The notes under the pieces are model-generated. The model worked only from the letters and a program-made list of their open reading frames with translations. It ran no database searches and was not told the DNA's origin. A stretch of 64,000 nt of DNA from the human T2T-CHM13v2.0 reference genome, Homo sapiens. Both the position numbers and the translations under genes were made by a program. Of this stretch, positions 41,501 through 53,619 are shown piece by piece. Each line of letters opens with the position of its first letter. Position 1 is the first letter of the stretch. The DNA is taken from the NCBI RefSeq assembly GCF_009914755.1, contig NC_060928.1. One strand, given 5' to 3'.

Positions 41501-43845
41501 AAACAAACACCTTTTTGGCATTTTTTACTGCTACATCTTTAGTGTCTAGGGCAGTGCCTGGCATATGTGTACAAGAAATTTTTGTTGAATTAATACATAC
41601 ATTAAAGTTTTCAGCCAAAGAAATTGAAAAATTGTTGGCAGCATGAAAAAAATGTTTAATTTCTTTTTGTTGTCCCTAAAATACCTCCGTCAACGCTGCT
41701 TCCAATTCTACATAAGGCCACCTTGTAATATTCTTTCCTCCCAGTTGTCTTCCCCCACTTCTCTGCCCTGATACTGAAGAGTAGGAATTGTCACCTGGAC
41801 TCTGAGTCTATATGCAGAGATTAGATACCCCTCTGGGAGTACTAGAAATGCAGTATGTCAGGTGAATTTTAGCGAAGCCTGAATTGCTAACCCTCTGGGT
41901 TCCCCAACCCCTCTAAGCTTTACAACTGCTGAGGATTCAGCCCTAGAGCAGCACAGAAGACACCTCTGTGGGGTGCATGGGACTGAAAAAGGATGGGTAA
42001 GTTATTAGGAGCACCTTGCTAGAAGCACCTATGTCAAGTCTTTTAATAAGTATTTAATTAACTGACTACAGAGTTAAGGGACAACATTGAGGCAGAGAAT
42101 ATGGATTTTTTTTTTTTTTTTGGTGCCACTTACACTTGACTCCTGAATTGGAAGAGCCCAAGGAAAGGAAATAATAAAAATTCTTACACTGTGGATCCTC
42201 GCAGGTTGTAGAGGAATTTTGCCATTGTTGTGTAAGTAGCAGTAAACGGTCACAGGACTAGCAGACATTCAACAAAGCTGTCCTTTATTATCATACTGAC
42301 TTCTGAGACTAAATCCCTCCTAATGCACCACAGCAGGATCTCCAAGGAACAAAGACACTAACATTAAATTTCAGTATCTTTTGGCCCAGATGATGGCCAT
42401 TTAAGCCAAGTTTCCCTTTCCATAACAAATCCTAATCTTGTGTCCCTATTCATTTTAAAATACATATATTTATAAACCCAAAGAGTTTGTATGCAGAGAT
42501 TAGATACCCCTTTGGGAGTACTAGAGGGGTACTTCTAATCTTCTGCTCAAGCTAGTTTGTAGTCAGTAGCTGACATTCCCCCTCGGCATTGTCTGAAAAT
42601 TGACAGCAGGAGCTCCTCAACGAAACCTTTTCACACACAATAGAAAGCCTTGAAGTCGGTGCGTGTCTGTGTCTGCTTTTTTCAAGAGGAACACAGCATG
42701 TTTGTAAACATGTGGCGTGGAAGGAAGATTTAGGATACAAGAGCAAGCCTGTGCCCCACTGATTTCCTGTTTGTTTCTCACATTATGTTACCCCTGGCAA
42801 CTAATGTGGGAAATACACTGAGAGAACAGCACTCCTTTTCCTTATTGTAAGTCCAAATTTGGCAAATAAAAGAAAATAAAACCTTTTAGCTGTTTTCTTA
42901 ATTGTGGAAAGTTTTTATATTCCTGTTTTATTTTTTACTCCAATTCTCTCCTTTTGCTTTCAGAAATAGAGAAAAAGAGATAGAGAAAGAGGAGTGGGAG
43001 AGAAAGAGTTTGCTTCAGTGATTTGATCTGCTAAAACCATATGGCACTGAGAACTAGAAGAGAAACTATTGAATAAAAATTATGCAATACTTATAGACAC
43101 AATAAATAAGTTTCACTTTCATATCACAAAATAAATAGCACACTTGCATAGATTAATGAATGTATCCTAGGTGATGTTTATTTACCATATAAACAGAAAA
43201 AAAATCACGTGAATTTGTTCATTCATTCATTCATTCATTCAGCATTTGCTTCACAGGAAGCACTATGTTGGACATGTGCATTCCTCTTTTATCCCCTTTG
43301 CAGTAGAGTTTAACCAACATGGAAACAGAACATTGGAAAGTGAGGATACTTGCCCTTGGCCACAGTCTGGTAGATTCAGGACCTGGTCTGTTTGATTCCT
43401 AAGCTGGTGGCATCCCTACACTATTATGTCCCTCCACATTGATGATCCTAGTGTCTGAGGTAGAGCAGAGATGAAAGGACGTGGGTTTTGAGAGGAATAA
43501 ACCAAAATAAGAAAATTATCACTGAGAAAATTGAGCAATTAGTACTTACCTGTCTTGTTCACTGTCCTTTAATGAGCAACAAGCCCCCCCAAAAAAGTCA
43601 GAGAATGAGGCTAATGATGACCTTTTAGACTCTAGAACATATATTAGTGTAAAATGAAAAGGATATTTAGAAAGAAATAGTAATCTGATTCATTTTTGTG
43701 TTTATATTTACATCACACAAAATAATGAGCAAAACCCTTTGGGAGTAGTAATTTTCAGACTACTATATTATTAAACATTTTATATTTTCCATCTCATGGA
43801 AGACATTATTTACTAAATGGCAAGCAAAAAGATTTTTATCTATAT

Positions 43846-44854
43846 TGTTGCGGGAAGTCAGGGACCCCAAAAGGAGGGACCGGCTGGAGCTGCAGCAGAA
43901 GAACATAAATTCTGAATATTTCATGGACATTTATCACTTCCCTAATAATACTCTTATAATTTCTTACGCCTGTCTTACTTTAATCTCTTAATCCTTTTAT
44001 CTTCATAAGCTGAGGATGTACGTCACCTCAGGACCCTGGGATGATTGCATTAACTGTACAAATTGATTGTAAAACATGTGTGTTTGAACAATATGAAATC
44101 AGTGCACCTTGAAAATGAAGAGAATGACAGCAATTTTAGGGAATAAGGGAAGACAACCATAAAGTCTGAGTGCCTGCAGGGTCGGGCAAAAAGAGCCATA
44201 TTTTTCTTCTTGCAGAGAGCCTATAAATGGATGCACAAGTAGGAGAGATATCGCTAAATTCTTTTCCTAGCAAGGAATATAATATTAAGACCTTAGGGAA
44301 AGAATTGCATTCCTCAGGGGAGGTCTATAAATGGCCGCTCTGGGAGTGTCTGTCCTATGTAGTTGAGATAAGGACTGAGATATGCCCTGGTCTCCTGCAG
44401 TACCCTCAGGCTTACTAGGGTGGGGAAAAGACCCCGTCCTTATAAATTTGAGGTCAGACCCGTTCTCTGCTCTCGAACCCTGCTTTCTGTTAAGATGTTT
44501 ATCAAGACAATACGTGCACAGCTGAACATAGACCCTTATCAGGAGTTTCTGATTTTGCCCTGGTCCTGTTTCCTCAGAAGCATGTGATCTTTGTTCTCCT
44601 TTTTGCCCTTTGAAGCATGCGATCTTTGGGACCTACTCCCTGTTCTTGCACTCCCTCCCCTTTTGAAATCCTTAATAAAAACTTGCTGGTTTTGCCACTC
44701 AGGTGGGCATCACAGACCTACCGATATGTGATGTCACCCCCAGCAGCCCAGCTGTAAAATTCCTCTCTTTGTACTCTTTCTCTTTATTTCTCAGATCTGC
44801 CAACACTTAGGGAAAATAGAAAGAACCTACGTTGAAATATTGGGGGTGGGTTCC
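43846..44854 (+). mobile_element. MER11 LTR (HERV-K11/HML-8), nearly complete but lacking the last few U5 bases
   Basis: Starts tgttgcgggaagtcagggacccc. TATA-like tataaa at ~44441, AATAAA at 44674. Ends aagaacctacgttgaaatattgggggtgggttcc without the expected terminal bases. Confidence 0.9.
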
Positions 44855-44870
44855 ACTAGCCCATGCAGCA

Positions 44871-45303
<433 letters not shown>

Positions 45304-45317
45304 TAGTTTTTGAAACT

Positions 45318-46414
45318 ACTGGGGCAGGCGGGCTTTATTCTGGGTGCTGGAGAGCTGTGGGCCCCACTCCTCCCGTAGAATGCCACCAGGGTGAGGGGCT
45401 GGGCCTCGGCAGGGGTGAGTGCTCAGAGCAGGAAGGGGATGATGGGCATGCGCAGGGGCGGGTAGTCCCAGAACTCCTTTAGGGAGCTGTGGTGCTTGCC
45501 CTTGGCCTAGATCGTCATCTGGGTAAAGCCCACCAGGGAGAACAGGGCCACTGGGAGACACTGTGTCATGATGGCAAAACTGATCCAGGACCCCATCTGG
45601 TAGGTGTAGTTGGGGCAGGACACCAGCAGGAAAAGCCACGTGAAAGGGTTCTTGGTGAGGTATGGGATCTTCTGGGTGTTGGACTCAGCGGGCCGCCGGT
45701 CCCACAGGGCCATGTGGATGGAGAAGTTGCCAAGCACAGGCAGATCACAAAGATGGCGAGTGCCAGTTTCACCTGCTGAGCTCTGTAAGTAGGGGGTGTG
45801 TAGAGAGGGTGGTTGATGTAATAGGCCATCCACCCAGTGAAGCCCCAGGAGTAGGTGCAGTTCTTGAAGATGTTGCGCAAGGCATGGTACCATGGGAGAA
45901 GTGGTGCATGAACAACGTCTCCAGCAGGTGCTTGACGTAGTGCAATGAGTGACAGATGCAGGTGAGGTGCACCACCATGTGCCGACTGGATGTGAAGTCA
46001 TATTTGTTGCCATAGATGAAGGGCACTCAGAAGTAGAAGAGCAGGTAGATGAAAAGAGGCCCCCCGTACTCTGTTAGGAAGACCGTCACCCAGCTGATCT
46101 GGGCCCCCACATCCTGGAAGTAGAGTGTGGCCATGGCGCCCACGGGCATCTTCTGCAGAACATCTTCATCATTCAGGGACTTGCCCTTGGGGTCCAGGCG
46201 GAGGGACTGGTGGGCAGGGTACCACTGCAGAGGGGTCTTGGTGAAGAGGTTCTTGATCTCTGCAGTGGTGGTGTGGGGCTCCACCTTGTCCAGGAAACAC
46301 AGCTTCTCCCCTGTCTTTGCGTGCAGAATCTCCACCTCTTAGTGCTTCATGGCTGTCTCCCACGGCGGCTACTGCTCCATGGCTGCTGCTGCCTAACTGC
46401 GCGGCACAGCACAG
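45318..46414 (-). pseudogene. TECR: Processed pseudogene of trans-2,3-enoyl-CoA reductase TECR; former CDS 46350..45423 plus UTRs
   Basis: Intronless: MKH*EVEILHAKTGEKLCFLDKVEPH...LFIYLLFYF*VPFIYG...NIFKNCTYSWGF...LVSCPNYTY...MPIIPFLL*. Stops at 46339-41, 46027-29 and 45507-09, plus frameshifts. AATAAA at 45334-45339 (-). The symbol names the parent gene. Confidence 0.96.
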
Positions 46415-46450
46415 GGTCCCGCCGTTCGGGGTCCCTGACTTCCCGCAACA
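46415..46450 (-). mobile_element. Inverted 36-bp copy of the MER11 LTR 5' (U3) terminus
   Basis: Reverse complement tgttgcgggaagtcagggaccccgaacggcgggacc matches 43846-43881 at 33/36 positions. Confidence 0.95.
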
Positions 46451-46701
46451 CTATATACCAAGTGGCATTATGTGATCTTCTTCATAGAGGTCCCAAAACA
46501 TATTGCCTTGTATATTTGGCCTTTTGATAGTTTACTTGTACTTTCTTAATTTTTTTTTTGCCGTCTCAGGATTAACTTTATACTCAGAAAAATGCTCAAA
46601 ATTTCTCACTATTGTAGACAAACATTTAAACATTTTATTATTTAATTGACCATTTACTCCTTAACCTCAGCTGTAGATAATGCCTTTGAAAACACTTAAA
46701 T

Positions 46702-46793
46702 TTGGGGGGCTTACTTAACACTAGAATTCACTGAGCTTAAAAAAAAATTGGGGGGCTTACTTAACACTAGAATTCACTGAGCTTAAAAAAAAA
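46702..46793. repeat. Perfect 46-bp tandem duplication
   Basis: ttggggggcttacttaacactagaattcactgagcttaaaaaaaaa occurs at 46702-46747 and 46748-46793. Confidence 0.96.
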
Positions 46794-46826
46794 TTACTGT
46801 CCCTTCATAAAAATCTTAGTGTTATT

Positions 46827-47030
46827 CATGGACACAGGAAGGGGAACATCACACACAGGGGACTGTTGTGGGGTGGGGGGAGGGGGGAGGGATAGCATTA
46901 GGAGATATACCTAATGCTAAATGATGAATTAATGGGTGCAGCACACCAACATGGCACATGTATACATATGTAACAAACCTGCACGTTGTGCACATGTACC
47001 CTAAACTTAAAGTATAATAATAAAATTTTA
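46827..47030 (+). mobile_element. 5'-truncated young L1PA (PA3/4-like) 3' end
   Basis: ggggaggggggagggatagcattaggagatatacctaatgctaaatga...cttaaagtataataat. 18-bp TSD aaaaatcttagtgttatt (46809-46826) / aaaaatctcagtgttatt (47031-47048). Confidence 0.95.
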
Positions 47031-50000
47031 AAAAATCTCAGTGTTATTAACACTCACTCATATATCATACTGCTACAGTAAATATGATACTGGAATCAAC
47101 TCACATCATTATTTATTGCATAACAAAAGAATGCCCATCAGTATATATCTTAACTCTCACCCACATTAGTACTCTGAATTTTACTCTAAACAAATCTGTA
47201 GCTTTATTAGTTTGTTAAATTTAACAGAGGTAAATTTACAATGATTTTAGCCTTTCACTTATGCAGGCTCCTCCATTAAGGGTACCCTAGCAATGTTTAC
47301 AAGATCATTATAATTTTTGTGAAATTTCCAATCATAAGACATTTTAACCACAATTGCTCTGCTGTCACTTTCCATACTGACTTCCCTCAGTGCCATGGGG
47401 TTTGGAATGGCCACACTCACATTTGGAATCTGGCTAAACAGAAGTTAAGTTGGGGATACTTTTAGTTTGGGTTTAGTGGAATACATTTATGTGGCACACT
47501 ACCACTTCAATGCACAGGTAAGCAACTGCTACCTGTTGGAATGCAGAAATAGCTCCAAGTACCCTCCTAATGCTCCTGGACTCAAAGGGAGGTCCTTTGA
47601 TTGTCATCAATCATGCTCATTCAAAGAGCATATAAGATTAGTCACTGCACAAGAAACCCAAAAATGCACCTGAAATTGCAAGTTCTTCTACGAAAGACAT
47701 TTGATAGAGATTTTTCCATGTACTTGACAGCAATCCTACATAACATTATTGATATGATTTATGGAGCTAAGAGAAACTTCTCCAAATGACTGAACAAAAA
47801 TTCTCATTCAACTGTGATAAAGCAAAGACAAAAGTTTCTTTCTATTCTGTTTATAGAAAATATCACATTACTGCAATGTTAAATTTCACAGAAAAAGTTA
47901 GAGACAGACAATAAATTAATACAAATGTTATGCTTTTTCTGGATTTTTGATGCCGATTGTATTTGTGACCTTGGGAAATTTTGAAATTTATTGTGATGCT
48001 TTTCTTATTTTCAGTAAATATTTGCATATAGCTCATATTGTATTTGTAATTTTCTTTTACTTTGCTTTAAGATCTCTACTTGTGTAAACCTCCATACTAC
48101 CTATGGAACCTGAATTCAACCCTGCATGATAGGAAACAAAAATAATTTGACTTATTTTCCTAAGAAGACTATTTTTTAAAAAATAAAGTAGGCTACATAT
48201 TTATTTCAGATTAAATGTATTTTCCAAAAATAAACGTTTGTTAAATTTTTCCTCTTTATTTTAATTAGTGGCTACAAAGATGAACATTTAAATAGTTGCT
48301 GTTCATATGGCAATTCTGTAAGGTTTCTTCATAGTCTGGAAACCTAAACCAAAGCAAATAGTTTAGAAATTTGTGGGGATTTAGTATGGCCTCTACTAAA
48401 TAAAAATAATGAATTTGTCTACTTTCCCTTCTCTCTGTTCTGTCATGCATCATGTCATGCTAAGTAAGAAAAAAAGAGAAAAATATCCATCCCCCAAAAT
48501 ATACAAAATATATGTCATAAATTTTACTGTAGCACAGCCTTCCAACTTGTCTGTTATTTAACTGTTTCAACACTAATATGGGACCATTGATATGTGCCTT
48601 ACAGGGATGTTCAGAGGGTCAGTAACCTAACACCAATATAAAGGAGTTGGGAAAAAAGTGAGGTAGTATTATACATGATGTGTCCTGAGCAAATTCGATT
48701 ATTCTAGAATGGCTATAGGCTTAGTTTAATGAATAGTCCTTTAAAAGCAAAGAGAGAAACCCTGGAGATTAAATTACAGCTTGATGAAGTACTTGAAATG
48801 ACCAACTTTGGAATTCAGACTTTGTCACACTTCAGAGACATGGAATAGCTACAGCTACCATTTCTTACACTTGTCCCAAATAACGTCTTGTTTTTCGGCC
48901 CTCTCTCCATAATTTGGAGCTTATTAGACTCAGCAACTTTTTACATAAATTCCGCAGGCATAAAATGGGTGGCTGCCACTGGATAAAAGTGGGCACCGAG
49001 TATACTTTCATGCACCACTGATCACAGCCTTAAATTTTAGTCACTTCTATTCCTTTCCTACCCACCCAATACCTTTGTTAAAATAACAAAACAGCAGTTA
49101 GCAGTTAACATTTTAAACATTTACTCATATTACTTATATAAGTGCTAATATTGAAAACCCTTTTAAAGAAGTAAAAGTTTTATTAAGTTTCATTCTTATC
49201 AACAAGCGCAAATTTAAATCTAACTCATTTAGGGTGCCTTCCTAAATTTAAAATCATTCATAGACACACTGTGGACTCACGGCACTGGCACTTTATTGCT
49301 TTATCACAGCTGTGACACAATCAGGCCTCACTGAAAGCACTCTCTGAATGGGAGAAGTTTTTAAGTACAACTCACAGCTGATCAGAAACCAGACCTTAAG
49401 TTGCCTCCTTAGGACTTCTGATTACCTTCAGAGTTCTCTTAGCTCACTCTGCTTGGATTTTTAAAATTTTACAGCTTTCTGCTCCATGTAGCTTCAGGTA
49501 GGAGAGAGATATCCACCTGGGTGCATAAATCTTTTCTATAGGCAGCACTACTTCCCCAGATTTGCCCAAACCTCTCCGAAGGTCTCTTTCTGGTAAAGCC
49601 TTTGTTTTCTCTTACTTCTTCACCGTTCCAGGAGAGTCCTATCCTTTACAATGACCACCTGGTATGAAAGCTAAACTATACCCAAGTAACTTTTTCTATA
49701 AGCTCTTCAAGCTTCACTGTTTTATTTCTGTTTTTTTTTTTTTGTTTTTTTCTGGAAATCCCTGGCAGCAACTTAATTCTTAAGGGGATTTGAGACTTTT
49801 TAAATAGCCTATATTTTAAAAACAACATGAACAGAACACTCAAGTTCTCCTCTCTTAAGAATCCATGGTCTAAATCAGAACTCAAATACAAAGTTTCCCT
49901 TGATGACCAGAAAAATCATATTGCTGGAAATTGGTTAAATTCCACTGACAATGTAACCTAGTTCCAGCTAAATAAAATGAATATTCTTAATGAATATTTT

Positions 50001-51197
50001 GTTGTGAAAATAGCTTTCCTCTTGTCTTTGCTGGTAAGTGTGTATTGTTTTGAAAGCTCGTGGTAGAAGAAACACAGCTACATATATGGATGTAATGTTC
50101 TTTGATCCAAATTTCTCTTCTGATATTTCCCTTACCTCCCATTTGCAATTATGTGAAGCTTTACGAAGCATCTGTGACACTGTTGCTTTATTTGTCCAAG
50201 TAAATGAGGTCATTTGCTCTAGCTCTGCTCCGGTAGCTTGAAAAGTGCCCATTAAACACCCAGGTATCTTCCTAATTGGAGCGAAAATAAAACTCATAAA
50301 GGCCCATTGGAAAATTCCTCTGATGTTTGACACCATGGGCAAATCAGAACTGAGGGCTTCTGCTTGAGCTTCCTTAAACAAAAAAAAAGCATTTTTTTAG
50401 ACTGTGAGCCAGGCACTTAACCAGTATAGCTCTTCCAAAGAATTCCAGAAGTAACTCTTAGCTTCTTGAATTGGGAAAAAAAAAATATCTAATTTATAAG
50501 ACAAGTCATAAGCTCTAACTAAAACCTTACCTTAGGAAATTATCCCTGGAAGCTACTGCATAATATTTTGTTATACAAAACCCCAGTTTCAAAAGAAAAA
50601 TCTTCCTTAATTAGAAGAAACCTTAGTGTAGATATTGAAAATGGACTCTCCTGAAACTCCTAAGGGAGCAACATCTCAACTCATATTCTTTTATTGATTC
50701 AAATAGCCGTGACCTCCAGCATAATTGTGGTCATGCTCCGTGTAACAGAGTCAATTGCTTTTGAATCACCTCTTCACTTAAGGTAATCATGAATGATGCC
50801 AGACATGTGTTTCTCCTCATGATGTTAACAAAAATTCCAGATTAAAAAAAAATGTGAAAGGAAGAGGCATGAGACGTGCCTGTTTTGGAGTTGTCCCCCC
50901 AGGTAGGCCCACATTTTATTGCTTTGGCAGGACCAGTCAGAGCCATGATTGACATATAATGAGGCTCCTATTCAGGTACCATCTGAAAAGCCTATTCTAA
51001 TCTCACAGTCCTGAGTTGCTCCTCATGCCAGTTCCTCTGTTAAACTGACACAAAGTTATCATCTGATAGTGTTAACTTGGCTGAAAAATCTTCAAATGTT
51101 CCCGTTTTTCCTAGAAAAAAGTTCAAAGTCCTCAACCTGATGTTCAAATCCTGATGCGGTTTGGCTCTTTGGCTCTTTCCTGACTGGAGTCTGTCTA

Positions 51198-51504
51198 TTT
51201 TTATTTATTTATTTATTTTTTTGAGACGGAGTTTCACTCTTTTGCCCAGGCTAGAGTACAGTAAAGGGATCTAGGCTCGCTGCAACCTCTGTCCCCCGGG
51301 TTCACGCGATTCTCCTGCCTCAGCCTCCTGAGTAGCTGGGATTATAGGCGCCGGGCACTACACCAAGCTAAATTTTGTATTTTTAGTAGAGACGGGGTTT
51401 CGCCATGTTGGCCAGGCTGGTCTCAAACTCCTGACCTCAGGTGGTCCACCTGCCTGAGGCTCCCAAAGTGCTGGGATTACAAGCATGAGCCACCACACCT
51501 GGCC
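51198..51504 (-). mobile_element. Alu (AluSq/Sp-like)
   Basis: Antisense dimer gagacggagtttcactctt...ccaccacacctggcc with a T-rich tail. Confidence 0.95.
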
Positions 51505-52857
51505 TGTCTCCTAATGTATTGCCCTCCCCTGGTACCCTCGTACGGTTTCCTGTCTAAGCACTCCCTGTGCTCACCAACCTCAGCTCCTTAATTGAACTGC
51601 TCTTACTGTCTGCAAGGCCCTTTACTCCATAGACAACCATCAGGTATCAGTTCTTCTAACAACTTCTCCGAAGACACTTTCTTAAATTTCTCTACACACA
51701 AAAATATCATTTTCTCTCCATGTCATATAGTATTTATTAATGCTATGAATTTATAAAACATATTGCAGGATACCTTATAGTGGTTTTTAAAATGTGTTCA
51801 TCTTCCCCACTGCTTCATAATCCAGAACAAGATTATTTTATATCTTAAACACATTTATAGTATCTTTTACAACTTCCTTCCAGTACCTCTCCACCAAAGG
51901 ACTAGCCAAGAGCTTTGCATATTGTTCTATTAAAAATATTTGCTACTTAGTTAAATAATCATTGCTTAGCTGCTTCTGATGATACTTTTCTATGCATAAA
52001 TTTTAAAGACAGTTTAGAGTGTTACTTGAATACACAAGAGATACTCTGATTCATAAAAAAGCATGTCTGTGAAAAATATGCTTGAAAAACTTTCTACTCC
52101 CAACTGATTCCCTGCAAAGCACAGTTTTTCCAAAACTGTAGAAGACCTGACTGCTTGGAATACATTGTGCTGATTTACTTAAATGCCATTTCTCTTCAGT
52201 GTCTGGTTTTTTTAAAATACCATTTAAAATAATTATGCCAAAATGTGTACAGACTATACCAAAATATAAAAGGGAGTAAAGTGAAAATTGACTCTACCAT
52301 CCCCACGTTTATCTCCCATTCCTCCTTCCTAGAGGCAACGTTACCAGTTTCCTATGTATTCTTACATTGATTTCTCTTTCTTTTAAGAATTGATCATGGT
52401 TTTCTGTTTTAAAATTAGATGTTTACTAGATGTGAAAGATACACTGCTTTCCCTTAGTTCATGTGACTATCAGTAAACCCCTAAAAGCTTCAAATATGAT
52501 CTGAAAAACAAGGGAGTTCTCAGAGTGATGCTCTATATCTTTGTCTTCATTGTCTATGTTCACACATATACAATTAGAGGATCTTTACCCTCTTACAGAA
52601 TATCTGTAGCAGACAAAATAACAAAAATGAAATTATCTTTTGAAAGGCTACAATGTAGCCAATGTATCACTATATGAGGCAATCTCCATGTATTATGTTA
52701 ATACCCACAACAAAGAGAGGTTATTGCCTCTCATCCACAGACAGATGTAGATTGAGGTTTAAGATTACAGGACTGGCCAGTAACTGGAATGCAATTTACC
52801 ACAGGTTTATTAGATGCCAATTTCAAGTAGCATTTTGAATTGTGGGATTATATGACT

Positions 52858-53169
52858 CCTTTCTTTGCTCTTCTCTCTTCTTTCTTTTTTCTTTCTTTCT
52901 TCTCTTTTCCTTTCTTCCTTTCTTTGGCTACTATACTACTTCTTTCTTTCTCTCTTCCTTCCTTCCTTCTTTCCCTCCTTCCTTCTTTCTTTCCTTCTTT
53001 ATCCTCTCCCTTCCCTTCCTCCTTCCCTCCCCCTTCCTTCCATCCTTCCTTCCTTCCTTCCTTCCTTCCTTCCTACCTTCCTTCCTACCTTCCTTCCTTC
53101 CTTCCTTCTTTCCTTCCCTTCCTTCCCTCCCTCCCTCCATCTCTCCCTTTCTCTTTCTTTCTTTCTTTC

Positions 53170-53209
<40 letters not shown>

Positions 53210-53240
53210 TTTCTTCTTTTTTTTCTTTCTTTCTTTCTTC
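52858..53240. repeat. ~380-bp polypyrimidine low-complexity tract, (TTCC)n/(TTTC)n
   Basis: Visible directly. Confidence 0.97.
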
Positions 53241-53619
53241 CACACCAAGTTATGCTACTTCTATATATTTTCAGGTTTATGGTGTGTTTTTTTAAAATAA
53301 ATTTTATATAATTCTAGAGGTATTTCTAAATAGTTTAGGAAAAAATGTTTTGGATGAAATTATCCTCAATCTCTCTCTCTCCAATTTCAAAGTCTCTGGA
53401 GATGAATAAGAGAGTCTCTTGAAAATTCAGACACAGTAAATCTGTCCTAAGAGTTTCAGGGTTGTAGGCTTGCTACAATAGTAGTATAGTAGCCAATTCC
53501 TTAAGAATAACAAAACATTGATTAAGTCAATAATAACACTCAGAAAATAAATTCCCTGATGCAATGCAGTTGAGCTTTTTACCTCCATGAGGAATGGTCC
53601 CAGGATCCTTTATGAGTTC

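Noticed and set aside
45423-46350. Functional TECR retrogene
   Set aside because: Stop at codon 4, two more in-frame stops, and frameshifts.
49968-50381. 137-aa minus-strand ORF
   Set aside because: No recognisable protein family, non-ATG start, and no convincing exon structure.
52840-53311. Four overlapping 105-152 aa ORFs
   Set aside because: Translations of the TTCC/TTTC low-complexity tract.
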